Below are positions 9,801 through 17,990 of a stretch of 64,000 nt of DNA, one piece after another. The DNA comes from Bryobacterales bacterium. GTDB lineage: Bacteria; Acidobacteriota; Terriglobia; Bryobacterales; UBA6623. Numbering within the stretch: the stretch's first letter is position 1; each line of letters starts with the position of its first letter. The position numbers and the translations under genes were made by a program. Where the stretch lies: the NCBI GenBank assembly GCA_965216545.1, contig OZ244172.1, positions 1,082,607 to 1,146,606 on the forward strand, in the 5' to 3' direction. The notes beneath the pieces are model-generated. The model did no database searches. It saw only the letters and a list, made by a program, of their open reading frames with translations, and was not told where the DNA came from.

Positions 9801-10831
9801 GACGCCTCGAGCGCCAAGTCGTTCTCGTTGACCGTCAGCACGCCGCCAGCGAGCGGCTTGTCCGTCTTGACCTCCACCTCGACCTTCGTGCCGACCAGCG
9901 CGCGGATGTCGCCGCCGGGATCCTCGACGAGCTCCTCCATTCCGGTCCACTCGGGAAATCTGTAGGTCAGCTTCAGGGTCTCGACGTTCGGCATCTCCAC
10001 GACGCGGACCTGATACTCGCTCGAGCGGATGCCGCCGGCTGTGACGGCGTAGGAGAAGGGCTCGTGGATGCCCGTGAATGAGAATTCGAAACCCGCGCCC
10101 TCGGGCATGCGCGCCATGGGCGCCGGCTCCCAGTCGACGCTGCTTTCGTACTTGACGGCGATTTCGGCGTTGGAGGCGTCGAATCCCACCGGCTGCGCAG
10201 TCACTTTCAGGCCCGCGCCCGAACGCACCGTGGCGTCGCCCGGCTCGACGATCATGTCGTAGAGCGGCGGCTTGTCCGGCAGCAGCCAGCCGGCCCACAG
10301 CTTGGCGGCGCCGTAGCCCCAATAGCCCGGTCCGGCGCTGCCCAGCCAGATCAACACCGCCGCCGCCACCACGGCCAGGCCCGCATAGGAGACGATGCGC
10401 CCGGTGGTGACGATCGTTTCCACCGGCGCCGTCTCGGCAACCTTCATGGCGTCCTCGGCCAGCAGGTCGAGCAACGGGTTCTTGGCGCCGCTCTTCTCCG
10501 TGCGCCTCGTTTCGTCGAGATAGGTCGTGACGCGTCCGTTGAAGGCCGGGACTGACTTCTCGATCTCGCCGGCGACGCCGCGCTTGGCCAAGCGCGAGAG
10601 TGGCCGCGCAAGCAGAGCGACCGCTGCCGCGATCAGGCCGCCGAACAATACCGTGCGGGCGCCGATGACGCTCGAGTCGGAAAAGGCATAGCGGTTGGCG
10701 AGGTAGACGAGCACGACCGTGAGCAGCAGCGCCGCCAGGGCCACCGCGCCTGCGCCGCGCGAAGCCAGCGTCAGCCGCAGCCGGCGGCCGAACTCGGCCA
10801 CGTAGTCCTGCAAGTTCCCTCTCGAAGTCAC
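6872..10831 (-). CDS. Large membrane-anchored Ig-like/coiled-coil protein (DUF4175-like) with Gln/Gly-rich segments
   Basis: GTG start with GGAGG RBS; 3 N-terminal TM segments, beta-rich middle (DEPPQVKILKPGRD, ATDDFGI), long coiled coil, C-terminal PEEYREAVAEYFRRL. Confidence 0.8.
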   Translation of the reverse strand: MTSRGNLQDYVAEFGRRLRLTLASRGAGAVALAALLLTVVLVYLANRYAFSDSSVIGARTVLFGGLIAAAVALLARPLSRLAKRGVAGEIEKSVPAFNGRVTTYLDETRRTEKSGAKNPLLDLLAEDAMKVAETAPVETIVTTGRIVSYAGLAVVAAAVLIWLGSAGPGYWGYGAAKLWAGWLLPDKPPLYDMIVEPGDATVRSGAGLKVTAQPVGFDASNAEIAVKYESSVDWEPAPMARMPEGAGFEFSFTGIHEPFSYAVTAGGIRSSEYQVRVVEMPNVETLKLTYRFPEWTGMEELVEDPGGDIRALVGTKVEVEVKTDKPLAGGVLTVNENDLALEASGDLTVRAELTVDKDGEYHVAAIYEGEHVRLTEDFFITVTSDEPPQVKILKPGRDWKATSIEEVTARFEATDDFGIGSFELHYSVNGGEWTNKALKGRGRRVNASHVFYLEDMGVIETIVPDENEVGIQMLLPNGAEEQPLEPEEKEPRTVRRKLEPGDLISYYILARDHAAVARTDMYFIEVQPFERTFQQSQQGGGGGGDMNQQNEISKRQKEIITATWNLIQEQNARDGRSKAEIRESARMLSELQLTLKEQAKTLAERTRARQLSGANEKFRQFVENLEKAAEAMQPASDELAKVKLQSAVQPEQKALQYLLRAESLFTDIQVAFQQGGGGGGGGGGMSQDLAEMFELEMDLEKNQYETGGGGGAQQQLEREIDDAFRKLEELARRQEQLAQQLRDQKDPSFAERWQQEMLRREAEELKRQLQQLQRQSQSQQAQSQQQSQSGQQGQQGQQGQSGQSGGQGGSQRQQQQALQRAVEQLERATEAMEQNAGAQGQQGGSPPQQQQAAQRAQQQLNQALQQLAEQRERQNQGALSDIARGVEDLVERQEAMQPVLQESLRKALAEMRKQQESGQRGRLSSGLSRDQERELAEQKSGMAEDLQSIEREIQDTVRRMREANPDAARKLRSALGEMQQAEVTKRLQTAADYIRRGGAPYVASSEEGVSRALRQLQRDVEDAQELAENGGQGGRQDELSRALAQMQDLRRSLEQAAGGNREGDQQGQGQQQGQQQGQGQQGQQQGQGQQGQQGQQPGQGQQPGQQQAQNGQGGQQPGQQQGQQGNQPGQGQQPGQQGRQGSSPGQGSNQGQGTGQAQFAQGGRQPSDRVGRGAQGWHEGGPRQGVGASNWGDWGPLRSGGPIDPATRERMEQALAEGLRSVPRITNDLRRGGLFEEDLQAIRNKARELSSSKFKNNPELLEREYRSVLSLLEQLELQARRKVETEEGGDVRVIVSEPVPEEYREAVAEYFRRLSRGDK
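7358..7640 (-). repeat. Low-complexity coding repeat (GQQ / PGQGQQ units)
   Basis: Translation QQGQGQQQGQQQGQGQQGQQQGQGQQGQQGQQPGQGQQPGQQ...; degenerate (ct/tt)g-gcc repeats on the plus strand. Confidence 0.9.
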
Positions 10832-10835
10832 TGGG

Positions 10836-12848
10836 TCATACCTCCCTACGGACGTCCAACCTACGATTGCCTATGACGGATTCTAACAGCACGATTGCCG
10901 CCAGCAAGATCAGTAAGAATCTCCAAATGCGCAGCGGAGGGGGCTTGATGGCCGCCTGTTGGGCCTCTCCCTCGGCATCGCCGCCGCCCGAGCGGCCGGT
11001 CGCCTCCCACAGCTCGAGCGTGTCGCTTTCGATCGGCCGCAGGTTCGATTCCCGCGGATCCGGGTTCACCGCGACGAGCTCCGCGCCCTCGGGGCTGCGC
11101 AGCTCGTAGAAGCCAACCGTCTCGAGCGAGACGTCGTTGCGCGTCACCGCCTCGGAGAGCGAAAGCACTCGTTCGCCCCCGGGGTCGAACACCTGCACCA
11201 TTCCGGCGCCTTCGCGGCGACGCGCGAGCTCGAGCGTCGAGTCCACCGTCGCAAGGGTCATCTCATCCGCCACGCCTGATAGATAACGCGCGGTCTCGGC
11301 GGTAAACGGGACGAAGACCGGCCGAATCGGCAGGTCGTTCCAAACATTGTCGAAAGTCGATCCAAACACCAGCACGCGGCCCGCCCCGAGGGTGCGCTCG
11401 ACGATCAATGGCGAGCCGTCCGCGGTCTGCGCGGGAACGTCGTCTTCCTCGGCGGGCGCAATCCGCGCGTGGCGGAAGAACTTCACGCCGCGGAAGCCCT
11501 CGACGCGCCCCAGCGCTGGATGCGTCGCGTCGATGCGGCCCACGAGTTGGAAACCCGCCCCGCTTCCCATCGGAGAGGGGGCCACACGCTGGCCGCTCAG
11601 CGGAACGTTGCCGCGAGCGGCGATCTCCGAGCCCACCGCGATCAACACCGACCCTCCGGAGTCGACGTACTCCTCGAGCTCGTCTTCAAAGCCGGCCGAG
11701 ACCTGCGCCACGTCCGAGAGTACGACCAGCGCGAAGTCGTCCGGATCCAAGCGCTCGGCCTCGCCCGGAGAAGAAGTTTTCACCCGAAACACCGCGGCGC
11801 GGGAAGCGTTGAGCGCCGACTCGTAGTAGAGAGCGTCCCGGCGGCGGCGGTCGTTGGTGACGAACAGGATCGGGTCAGGCTGGGAGTTATCGAGTGCGAC
11901 CAACCGCACGTCGTCGTCGGGCAGCCCGTCATTTGGCGAGAGCGAGAGTCGCGCCCTGCTGAAGCCTTCCGGCGCGTCGAAGTCCTCGAACAGGAACGAC
12001 GCGCGGCCCATCGCCGGCACCTCCCGGCTTTCCGAAGCGATGGTTTGGCCGTCAATCTCGAGCGTCACGCTCTTGCGGGCCGGATTCGCCGAAAAGCCGG
12101 CCACGGTGACTTCCAGCCGCGGCTCGTCCGCGCCTGCCAGCCGCAACGAGCCCTTCACGCTTTCAATGGCCCAATTCTCGTCGTTGTCGCCGCCCACGTT
12201 GCGGACGTGAAGTTGTGCCACGGTGGGCAGGGCGACGTCGGAGAACCGCCCCGGCATGGCCGCGGCCTGATAGTCGGAGATCAGATGCACCTCGACAGGC
12301 GTATCGGGATTGGGAATCAGGCTGCGGACCGCTTCCACCACGTCTCCATAAGAGTTGCGCGAAGCGGTCGGCTCGAGCGACTCGAGCGCGGCTAGCAGCT
12401 CGGCCTTGTCGCCGCTCGGGTTGGTGATCACGCTGACCGAGGGGCCGGTCGTGAGGATCTGCCCCTGGTCCTGAGGCTCGAGAGTGTTGACCGCCGACCG
12501 CGCCTCCTCGAGCGCGCGATCCCAACGATCGCCATGGCGCATCGACAGCGAGGTATCCAACGCAATGATGTGCAACGAGGGGATATCGCTGAGGATGGTC
12601 GTCGGCGGCCGCTCCCAAATCGGCTTGGCGAAGGCCAGCACGAGCAACAACAGCATCGCCAACCGCGCCGCGAGCAGCAGCAGGTAGCGGAACTGCCGCT
12701 GCAACAGCGTGCTCTGCGTGCGCTTCTCGAAGAACATCAACGACGCGAAAGGCAGCCGCACCGGATTCTCGCGCTGCAGCAGGTGCAACCACAGCGGCAG
12801 GCTGAGAGCCAACGCGCCGAGCAAGAACCATGGAGACAGCAGCGTCAT
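10836..12848 (-). CDS. BatA N-terminal double-TM + vWA + GATase-like domain protein
   Basis: LPLWLHLL...LPFASLMF...LLLAARLAMLLLLVLAFAKP (BatA domain); MIDAS DTSLS; YVDSGGSVLI; NPDPRESNL; C-terminal TM. Confidence 0.85.
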   Translation of the reverse strand: MTLLSPWFLLGALALSLPLWLHLLQRENPVRLPFASLMFFEKRTQSTLLQRQFRYLLLLAARLAMLLLLVLAFAKPIWERPPTTILSDIPSLHIIALDTSLSMRHGDRWDRALEEARSAVNTLEPQDQGQILTTGPSVSVITNPSGDKAELLAALESLEPTASRNSYGDVVEAVRSLIPNPDTPVEVHLISDYQAAAMPGRFSDVALPTVAQLHVRNVGGDNDENWAIESVKGSLRLAGADEPRLEVTVAGFSANPARKSVTLEIDGQTIASESREVPAMGRASFLFEDFDAPEGFSRARLSLSPNDGLPDDDVRLVALDNSQPDPILFVTNDRRRRDALYYESALNASRAAVFRVKTSSPGEAERLDPDDFALVVLSDVAQVSAGFEDELEEYVDSGGSVLIAVGSEIAARGNVPLSGQRVAPSPMGSGAGFQLVGRIDATHPALGRVEGFRGVKFFRHARIAPAEEDDVPAQTADGSPLIVERTLGAGRVLVFGSTFDNVWNDLPIRPVFVPFTAETARYLSGVADEMTLATVDSTLELARRREGAGMVQVFDPGGERVLSLSEAVTRNDVSLETVGFYELRSPEGAELVAVNPDPRESNLRPIESDTLELWEATGRSGGGDAEGEAQQAAIKPPPLRIWRFLLILLAAIVLLESVIGNRRLDVRREV

Positions 12849-12854
12849 GTGTCG

Positions 12855-13748
12855 TTATCGTCGTCTTTGCCGGAACAAGAGATACTCCCGCAGCGCTAGA
12901 TCGAGCGGGCGCGAGGTGTCGAGCAGCACATAGTCGCCGCCAATGCCCTGCACCGTGCTCTCGAGGTTCTCCATGTGAGCGCGGATCTTGGCCGGATACT
13001 CGCTGCGCGCGAAGCTGGACGAGACTTCCAGAAGATCACCGGTCTCCATGTCCTCGAGTACCGTCGCCTCACGGATGTCGGGCTCGATCTCGGCCGGGTC
13101 CAGCACCTGGAAGAACATCATTTCGTGGCCCTGAAAGGCGAGCGGGCGGACTCCCTTCACCACTGTTTCGGGGTCGTAGTAGAAATCCGAGATCACGGCC
13201 ACGAGCCCGCGCTTGGAGACGTACTGGCGGAAGTGGTCGAACGGCAGCTCCATGTCGGTGCCGGTCGAGGCTTCGGCTCGCTCAATGGTGAGCAGAATGC
13301 TCTGGAGGTGGCCGGGCCGCGTGGACGGGTGCCGGTAGTCGTTCACCTTCTCGTCGAAGCAGATCAGGCCGGTGGCATCGTGCTGGCGAGTGGAGAGATA
13401 GGCCAACGACGAAGCGAGGTACTTGGCGTACTGCAGCTTGGTCTGCGGCGCGCGCCCCTTGAAGCCCATCGACGCACTGGTGTCGAGCAGGATGACCAGG
13501 TGCGTATTCGTTTCACCCAGGTAGCGCTTGATGTAGGTGCGGTCGGTCCTCGAGAACACGTTCCAGTCGACGAAACGCGGGTCGTCGCCCGGCACGTAGG
13601 GCCGGTACTCGGCGAACTCCAGGCTGAACCCAAAGAACGGGGAGCGGTGCAAGCCGGTCAGAAACCCGTCAACCACTGTCTTCGCCACGAGCTCGATGCT
13701 CGTCAGGCGACCGAGAACGGCGGGGTCGAGCAGTGTCTGCACCGCCAT
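12855..13748 (-). CDS. DUF58 (vWA-like) MoxR partner protein
   Basis: GLHRSPFFGFSLEFAEYRPYVPGDDPRFVDWNV, LLDTSASM, VISDF. Confidence 0.92.
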   Translation of the reverse strand: MAVQTLLDPAVLGRLTSIELVAKTVVDGFLTGLHRSPFFGFSLEFAEYRPYVPGDDPRFVDWNVFSRTDRTYIKRYLGETNTHLVILLDTSASMGFKGRAPQTKLQYAKYLASSLAYLSTRQHDATGLICFDEKVNDYRHPSTRPGHLQSILLTIERAEASTGTDMELPFDHFRQYVSKRGLVAVISDFYYDPETVVKGVRPLAFQGHEMMFFQVLDPAEIEPDIREATVLEDMETGDLLEVSSSFARSEYPAKIRAHMENLESTVQGIGGDYVLLDTSRPLDLALREYLLFRQRRR

Positions 13749-13751
13749 CGA

Positions 13752-14780
13752 CTATTCCTCGGGCGCGGGGCGCCCGGCGACCAGCTTGCGCAGGACATCG
13801 TCGACGGTGACCTTGTCGGACTCCGCGTAAAAGTTGGTCAGTACGCGGTGACGCAAGATGGGCAGAATCAGCTCCCTGACGTCCTCGTAGCTGACGTGGT
13901 AGCGCCCGTCCATCAGCGCCCGCGCCTTGGCGGCCATGGTGATGAACATCGTCGCGCGGACCGAGGCGCCGTAGTTGACATACTTGGTGACGACCTCCGG
14001 GGCTAGCGGGTCGCTCGGCCGCGTCGCGCGCACCAGCTCGACGGCGTGGCGGTTGACGGCATCCGAGACCGGCACCTGGCGCACCAGCCACTGGAACTTC
14101 AGAATGTCCTCGTCGGTGGTAACCGCCTCGACGGCCGGCAACGGCGCGCCGCCCGTGTTCCGGCTCACCACATCCATCTCCTGCTCGGCGTCCAGGTAGT
14201 CGAGCACGACGTTGAACAGGAAGCGGTCGAGCTGCGCCTCGGGCAGCGGATAGGTGCCCTCGAGCTCGATCGGGTTCTGGGTTGCGAGCACGAAGAACGG
14301 CGGCTTGAGCGTGTAGGTGTTGCCGCGGACGGTGATGGTCTTCTCCTGCATCGCCTCGAGCAGCGCGGCCTGCGTCTTGGGCGGCGTCCGGTTGACCTCG
14401 TCGGCGAGCAGCACGTTGGTGAACAGCGGGCCTTGCACGAAGGTCCAGGTGCGGTGGCCGGTCGTCACGTCCTCCTCGATGATGTCCGTGCCGGTGACGT
14501 CGGTCGGCATCAGGTCCGGGGTGAACTGGATCCGCTTGAAGGTCAGCCCCAACGCGTCCGCGAGCGTGCGCACCAGCAACGTCTTGGCCGTACCGGGCAT
14601 GCCGGTAATCAGACAGTGCCCGCCAACCAGCAGGGTAAGCAGCAAATGCTCGACCACCTCGTCTTGGCCAACGATGATCTTCCGCACCTGCTCGCGGATG
14701 CGCTCCATCGAGACGTTGAACTTCTCCACCAGCTCGCGCGATTCCGCCGTTTCCAAGCCAACCGTTTCCATCGACGTCAT
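13752..14780 (-). CDS. moxR: MoxR-family AAA+ ATPase
   Basis: Walker A GMPGTAKT, RIQFTPDLMPTD, Walker B LLADEVNR, ATQNPIE, LPEAQLDRF. Confidence 0.95.
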   Translation of the reverse strand: MTSMETVGLETAESRELVEKFNVSMERIREQVRKIIVGQDEVVEHLLLTLLVGGHCLITGMPGTAKTLLVRTLADALGLTFKRIQFTPDLMPTDVTGTDIIEEDVTTGHRTWTFVQGPLFTNVLLADEVNRTPPKTQAALLEAMQEKTITVRGNTYTLKPPFFVLATQNPIELEGTYPLPEAQLDRFLFNVVLDYLDAEQEMDVVSRNTGGAPLPAVEAVTTDEDILKFQWLVRQVPVSDAVNRHAVELVRATRPSDPLAPEVVTKYVNYGASVRATMFITMAAKARALMDGRYHVSYEDVRELILPILRHRVLTNFYAESDKVTVDDVLRKLVAGRPAPEE

Positions 14781-14787
14781 AAATGTC

Positions 14788-17070
14788 TTATTTTCCAGTC
14801 AGTTCGAGAAGGAGCTGCTGCGCCGGACGGTATGATGGCGCGGCTTCGAGCGACATCAGCGTGTGCCTGCGGGCCCTCTCGGAGTCCCTAAGTGTAGTGT
14901 AGGTTCGAGCCAGCCGGTAGTGGGCGGCCGCCTTATCGATCGGATCCATCGCAATGGCTGCTCGATACTCCCGCAACGCCTCGCGGTTGCGGCCCGCCTC
15001 GAGCAACTGATCGCCTAGCTTGACGTGGAGATCCTCGTCCGCGGGCCAGATGTAGAGCACCTCGTCGAGCGCCGCGATGGCTCGTTCCCGATTGCCGGCT
15101 TCGGCATGCCAGTCGGCGAGCTTCTTGAGTTGCTCGGGCCTTCGTCCGCCGTGCTCGAAATAGGCTTGCAGCTCGGCGATCGCTTTCTCGCGTTCGCCGC
15201 GCTTCTCGTGAGCCTCGGCGAGAATCACGTAGGGAGAACCGGCCTCGACGTAGGCCGGATAGATCTTCTTGACCTTCGCCCCGAGCTCGATCGTCTCGTC
15301 CCAGTTCTCTTCCTTCGCCGCGGCCAGCATCTTCTTGAGCTCTTCGCGCCACAGCTCGAGCCCGCCATCGTCGGCCAACTGGCCCAACTTGCCGATCACG
15401 AACGTCTTGAAACGCTTGTCGAGCTCGGTGGTTTCGATGCCGAGCGCGGTCTCCAGCGCGGTCTTCGTCGAGGCGTTCTCGCCGAACAAGTTCAAGATCT
15501 CGACGAGCTTTTCGGGACCCCACTCACGGTCGATCATCTGGCACACCAGCCCGGCCTGGAAATAGGACACGGCGATCTGGTTGGGGTACTTCGGCCGCAT
15601 GAAGCCCTTGTCGAGGTCGGCGACCGGCAGCAGCTTGCCCTCGTTGAACGCCCGCACGAAGTCCGGCGTGATCGGTTCGCCCCAACTCGGCCGCGCCTCC
15701 CACTCCTCGTACATCGAGATGCCCTCGGAGTACCAGCGCGGCACCAGGTGATCGGTCGCTTCGAGAGTGAACACGTGCGCCATCTCGTGCCACAGCGTAG
15801 TGCCCCAATGGAAGCTTCCCGGGTTGCGCCCCGCCGGGCTGTCCATGGCGACCAGATAGCCGAACGTCACGCCCAGCAAGCCCACGCCCGGCATGCCCAG
15901 GGTCCGCACCGCAAAATCGTCGTGATCCGGATAGAGCTCGACGTGGATCGGCCGCTCGGGCGTGAAGCCGTATTTCTTCGAGAACTTCGCCACCGACTCC
16001 TCGGCTAACGCGAGAGCATAAGGCTTGAGCAGCTCGGCTTCCTTCTTGTGGAGCCGGACGATGACCTCGGGGCGCTCGAGCGCCCCTCGCGCCTGCTCGT
16101 CGTCCTCGAAACGCGTCAGGTCGCGGCTCGAATAGGTGCGAAAGTTCTCGAAGCTGTCCATCAAGCGCAGAGAGTTGACGGTCTTGGCGCTGTAAGGGTC
16201 GCCCTCGAAAGCGATCTCGAGCCGGCGGCGGCCTTCGGCTTCTTTGTTGTCTCGGAGCAGGTTGACGCCCAGGTCGGCCTGCGCGGACCAATTCTCCGGA
16301 TCGGCTTCGACGGCTTTCTGATAGAGCGCCGCCGCCTCGCGGTAACGCCTGGTGATGAAGTAGTAGTGGGCCGGGATGGCGTAGACGTCCCCGTACATCG
16401 GGTTGTAATCGAGCGCCTTGAGCGTCCATTCGCTCTCGGTCACGCCGCGCAGCAGATCGGCCGCCGCTTTCAGCGCATAGGCCTCGGTCGGCGCGACGCC
16501 AAGCTTCTCGCACATCTCGAGCGCCGTATCGAGCGTTTCGTCGGCCTTCTCGAGGTCCTTGTCTTCCAGGTAGATCCTAGCCCGCAGCAGGTAGCCCTCC
16601 ACCTGCTCGGGCTTCTCGTCGAGAACCTCGTCAACGATCTCCTTCGCCTTGCCCTCGAATCGCTCGGCGTAGACCGAAGCCACGCCCAAGCGCGCCGGAA
16701 TGTGCTTCTCGTCGATCTCTAGGGCCTCCTTGAATAGATTCAGAGCCTCGCCTTCGTTGTGGGTTTGCAGGTAGAGGTAGCCCCATCGGACGCGCAGATC
16801 CGGTTTATCCGGCTCGGCGTCGATCGCCGCGCGGAAGACCTCGTTGGCGCGCTTGAGATCACCCAGACGCCACCAAGCCTCGGCGCGGGCGGCCGCGTCG
16901 CCGCTTGCGGCAACGGCCGAGTAGCACTGCTTCGCCTCCACCCGGCGCCCGCGCTCCCAATGCTCATCGCAGGGCTCGAGCGCGGCCGGCCGCACCCCGT
17001 GGTCGACGCCCTGGCCGCCGCAAGCCGGCAGCGCCGCCAGCGCCAAAGCCCACGCTCCCACGAGTCTCAT
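14788..17070 (-). CDS. Exported TPR protein with HExxH (MA/gluzincin-like) metallopeptidase domain
   Basis: Start set at ATG 17070 (MRLVGAWALALAALPAC), overlapping the upstream TGA (ATGA). TPRs flank WHEMAH...PRWYSEGIS. Confidence 0.85.
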   Translation of the reverse strand: MRLVGAWALALAALPACGGQGVDHGVRPAALEPCDEHWERGRRVEAKQCYSAVAASGDAAARAEAWWRLGDLKRANEVFRAAIDAEPDKPDLRVRWGYLYLQTHNEGEALNLFKEALEIDEKHIPARLGVASVYAERFEGKAKEIVDEVLDEKPEQVEGYLLRARIYLEDKDLEKADETLDTALEMCEKLGVAPTEAYALKAAADLLRGVTESEWTLKALDYNPMYGDVYAIPAHYYFITRRYREAAALYQKAVEADPENWSAQADLGVNLLRDNKEAEGRRRLEIAFEGDPYSAKTVNSLRLMDSFENFRTYSSRDLTRFEDDEQARGALERPEVIVRLHKKEAELLKPYALALAEESVAKFSKKYGFTPERPIHVELYPDHDDFAVRTLGMPGVGLLGVTFGYLVAMDSPAGRNPGSFHWGTTLWHEMAHVFTLEATDHLVPRWYSEGISMYEEWEARPSWGEPITPDFVRAFNEGKLLPVADLDKGFMRPKYPNQIAVSYFQAGLVCQMIDREWGPEKLVEILNLFGENASTKTALETALGIETTELDKRFKTFVIGKLGQLADDGGLELWREELKKMLAAAKEENWDETIELGAKVKKIYPAYVEAGSPYVILAEAHEKRGEREKAIAELQAYFEHGGRRPEQLKKLADWHAEAGNRERAIAALDEVLYIWPADEDLHVKLGDQLLEAGRNREALREYRAAIAMDPIDKAAAHYRLARTYTTLRDSERARRHTLMSLEAAPSYRPAQQLLLELTGK

Positions 17071-17990
17071 GGCTGCGCCTCTTCCTTGCGGGCGGCCGCT
17101 TCCGCCGAGATCTTCTCTTCGAGCTCTGCCAGCTTCAACAGCAACGCCTGAAGCTCGTTGAAGTACTCGCCCTCCGCCATGGCGTCCTTGCGCAGCTTCA
17201 ACAGCTCGATCTTCGTCTGCAAGTCCTCTCGCTGCTGCATCAACGGCTGCAAGCTGGGGTCGCTCATGATCTCGGCCGTCTCGCCCAGCCGCGCCAAGGT
17301 GAACGTCGAGGCGAGCTCGCCCTCCATGCGCGGGTGCTCGCTCGCCAGCAGCCTGGCGTTCTCGAAGTACACCTTCACCTTGGTCTCGGCGTACTGGTAG
17401 GCCTCTTGGACGGTGACGGTCTGGTTCTTGTCGGCGTCCGCCTCGGGATTTTCGAACGCCTCGGCCCAATAGCGGGAGAAAACGGTGGCGTTGCGCTCGC
17501 GCCCGCTCTTGGTGGCGGTGATCACGATGCGACCATTGCCCTGCAACGCCTCGAGCGACGCGCCGCTCGAGCTCGTCGCGCTGACCACCAGCTGTCTCTC
17601 GGCGGGAAGATCGTCCATCAGACCGGCTAGCCGCGAAGCCGTGATGTCGGGCCCGGGAATGTTGAATTTGTAGTCGTCGCCGTCGTAGGAGCCGTGTCCC
17701 ACGAGCATCACCGCGACGGTGTCCTCGGCGGCCATCCGGTCCTTGAGCCCGATGAAGGTCTCGACGATGTTGTCGAGGGTAGCCTGGCGATTCCGCAGCA
17801 CGTGCACGCGCTCGGGGTCGGCGACGGTTCGGCGCGCGCCGGTCGCGATCTTCTCGGTCTCCTCGCGAAAGCGCTCGCCATAGCGCGGCTCGCCCGGCAA
17901 ACCCTCCACGATCACGTAGTGCAGCGCCGCCGGCGCCGTCGGCGCCGCGGCCAGCCAGCCCGCCAGCAGCAATATCGAACGAAGCGTCAT
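17067..17990 (-). CDS. Secreted protein with caspase/legumain (clan CD)-like fold and coiled-coil tail
   Basis: Start ATG 17990 (ATGA overlap); signal peptide; VMLVGHGS, QLVVSATSSSG, IVITAT pattern resembles clan CD proteases. Confidence 0.65.
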   Translation of the reverse strand: MTLRSILLLAGWLAAAPTAPAALHYVIVEGLPGEPRYGERFREETEKIATGARRTVADPERVHVLRNRQATLDNIVETFIGLKDRMAAEDTVAVMLVGHGSYDGDDYKFNIPGPDITASRLAGLMDDLPAERQLVVSATSSSGASLEALQGNGRIVITATKSGRERNATVFSRYWAEAFENPEADADKNQTVTVQEAYQYAETKVKVYFENARLLASEHPRMEGELASTFTLARLGETAEIMSDPSLQPLMQQREDLQTKIELLKLRKDAMAEGEYFNELQALLLKLAELEEKISAEAAARKEEAQP

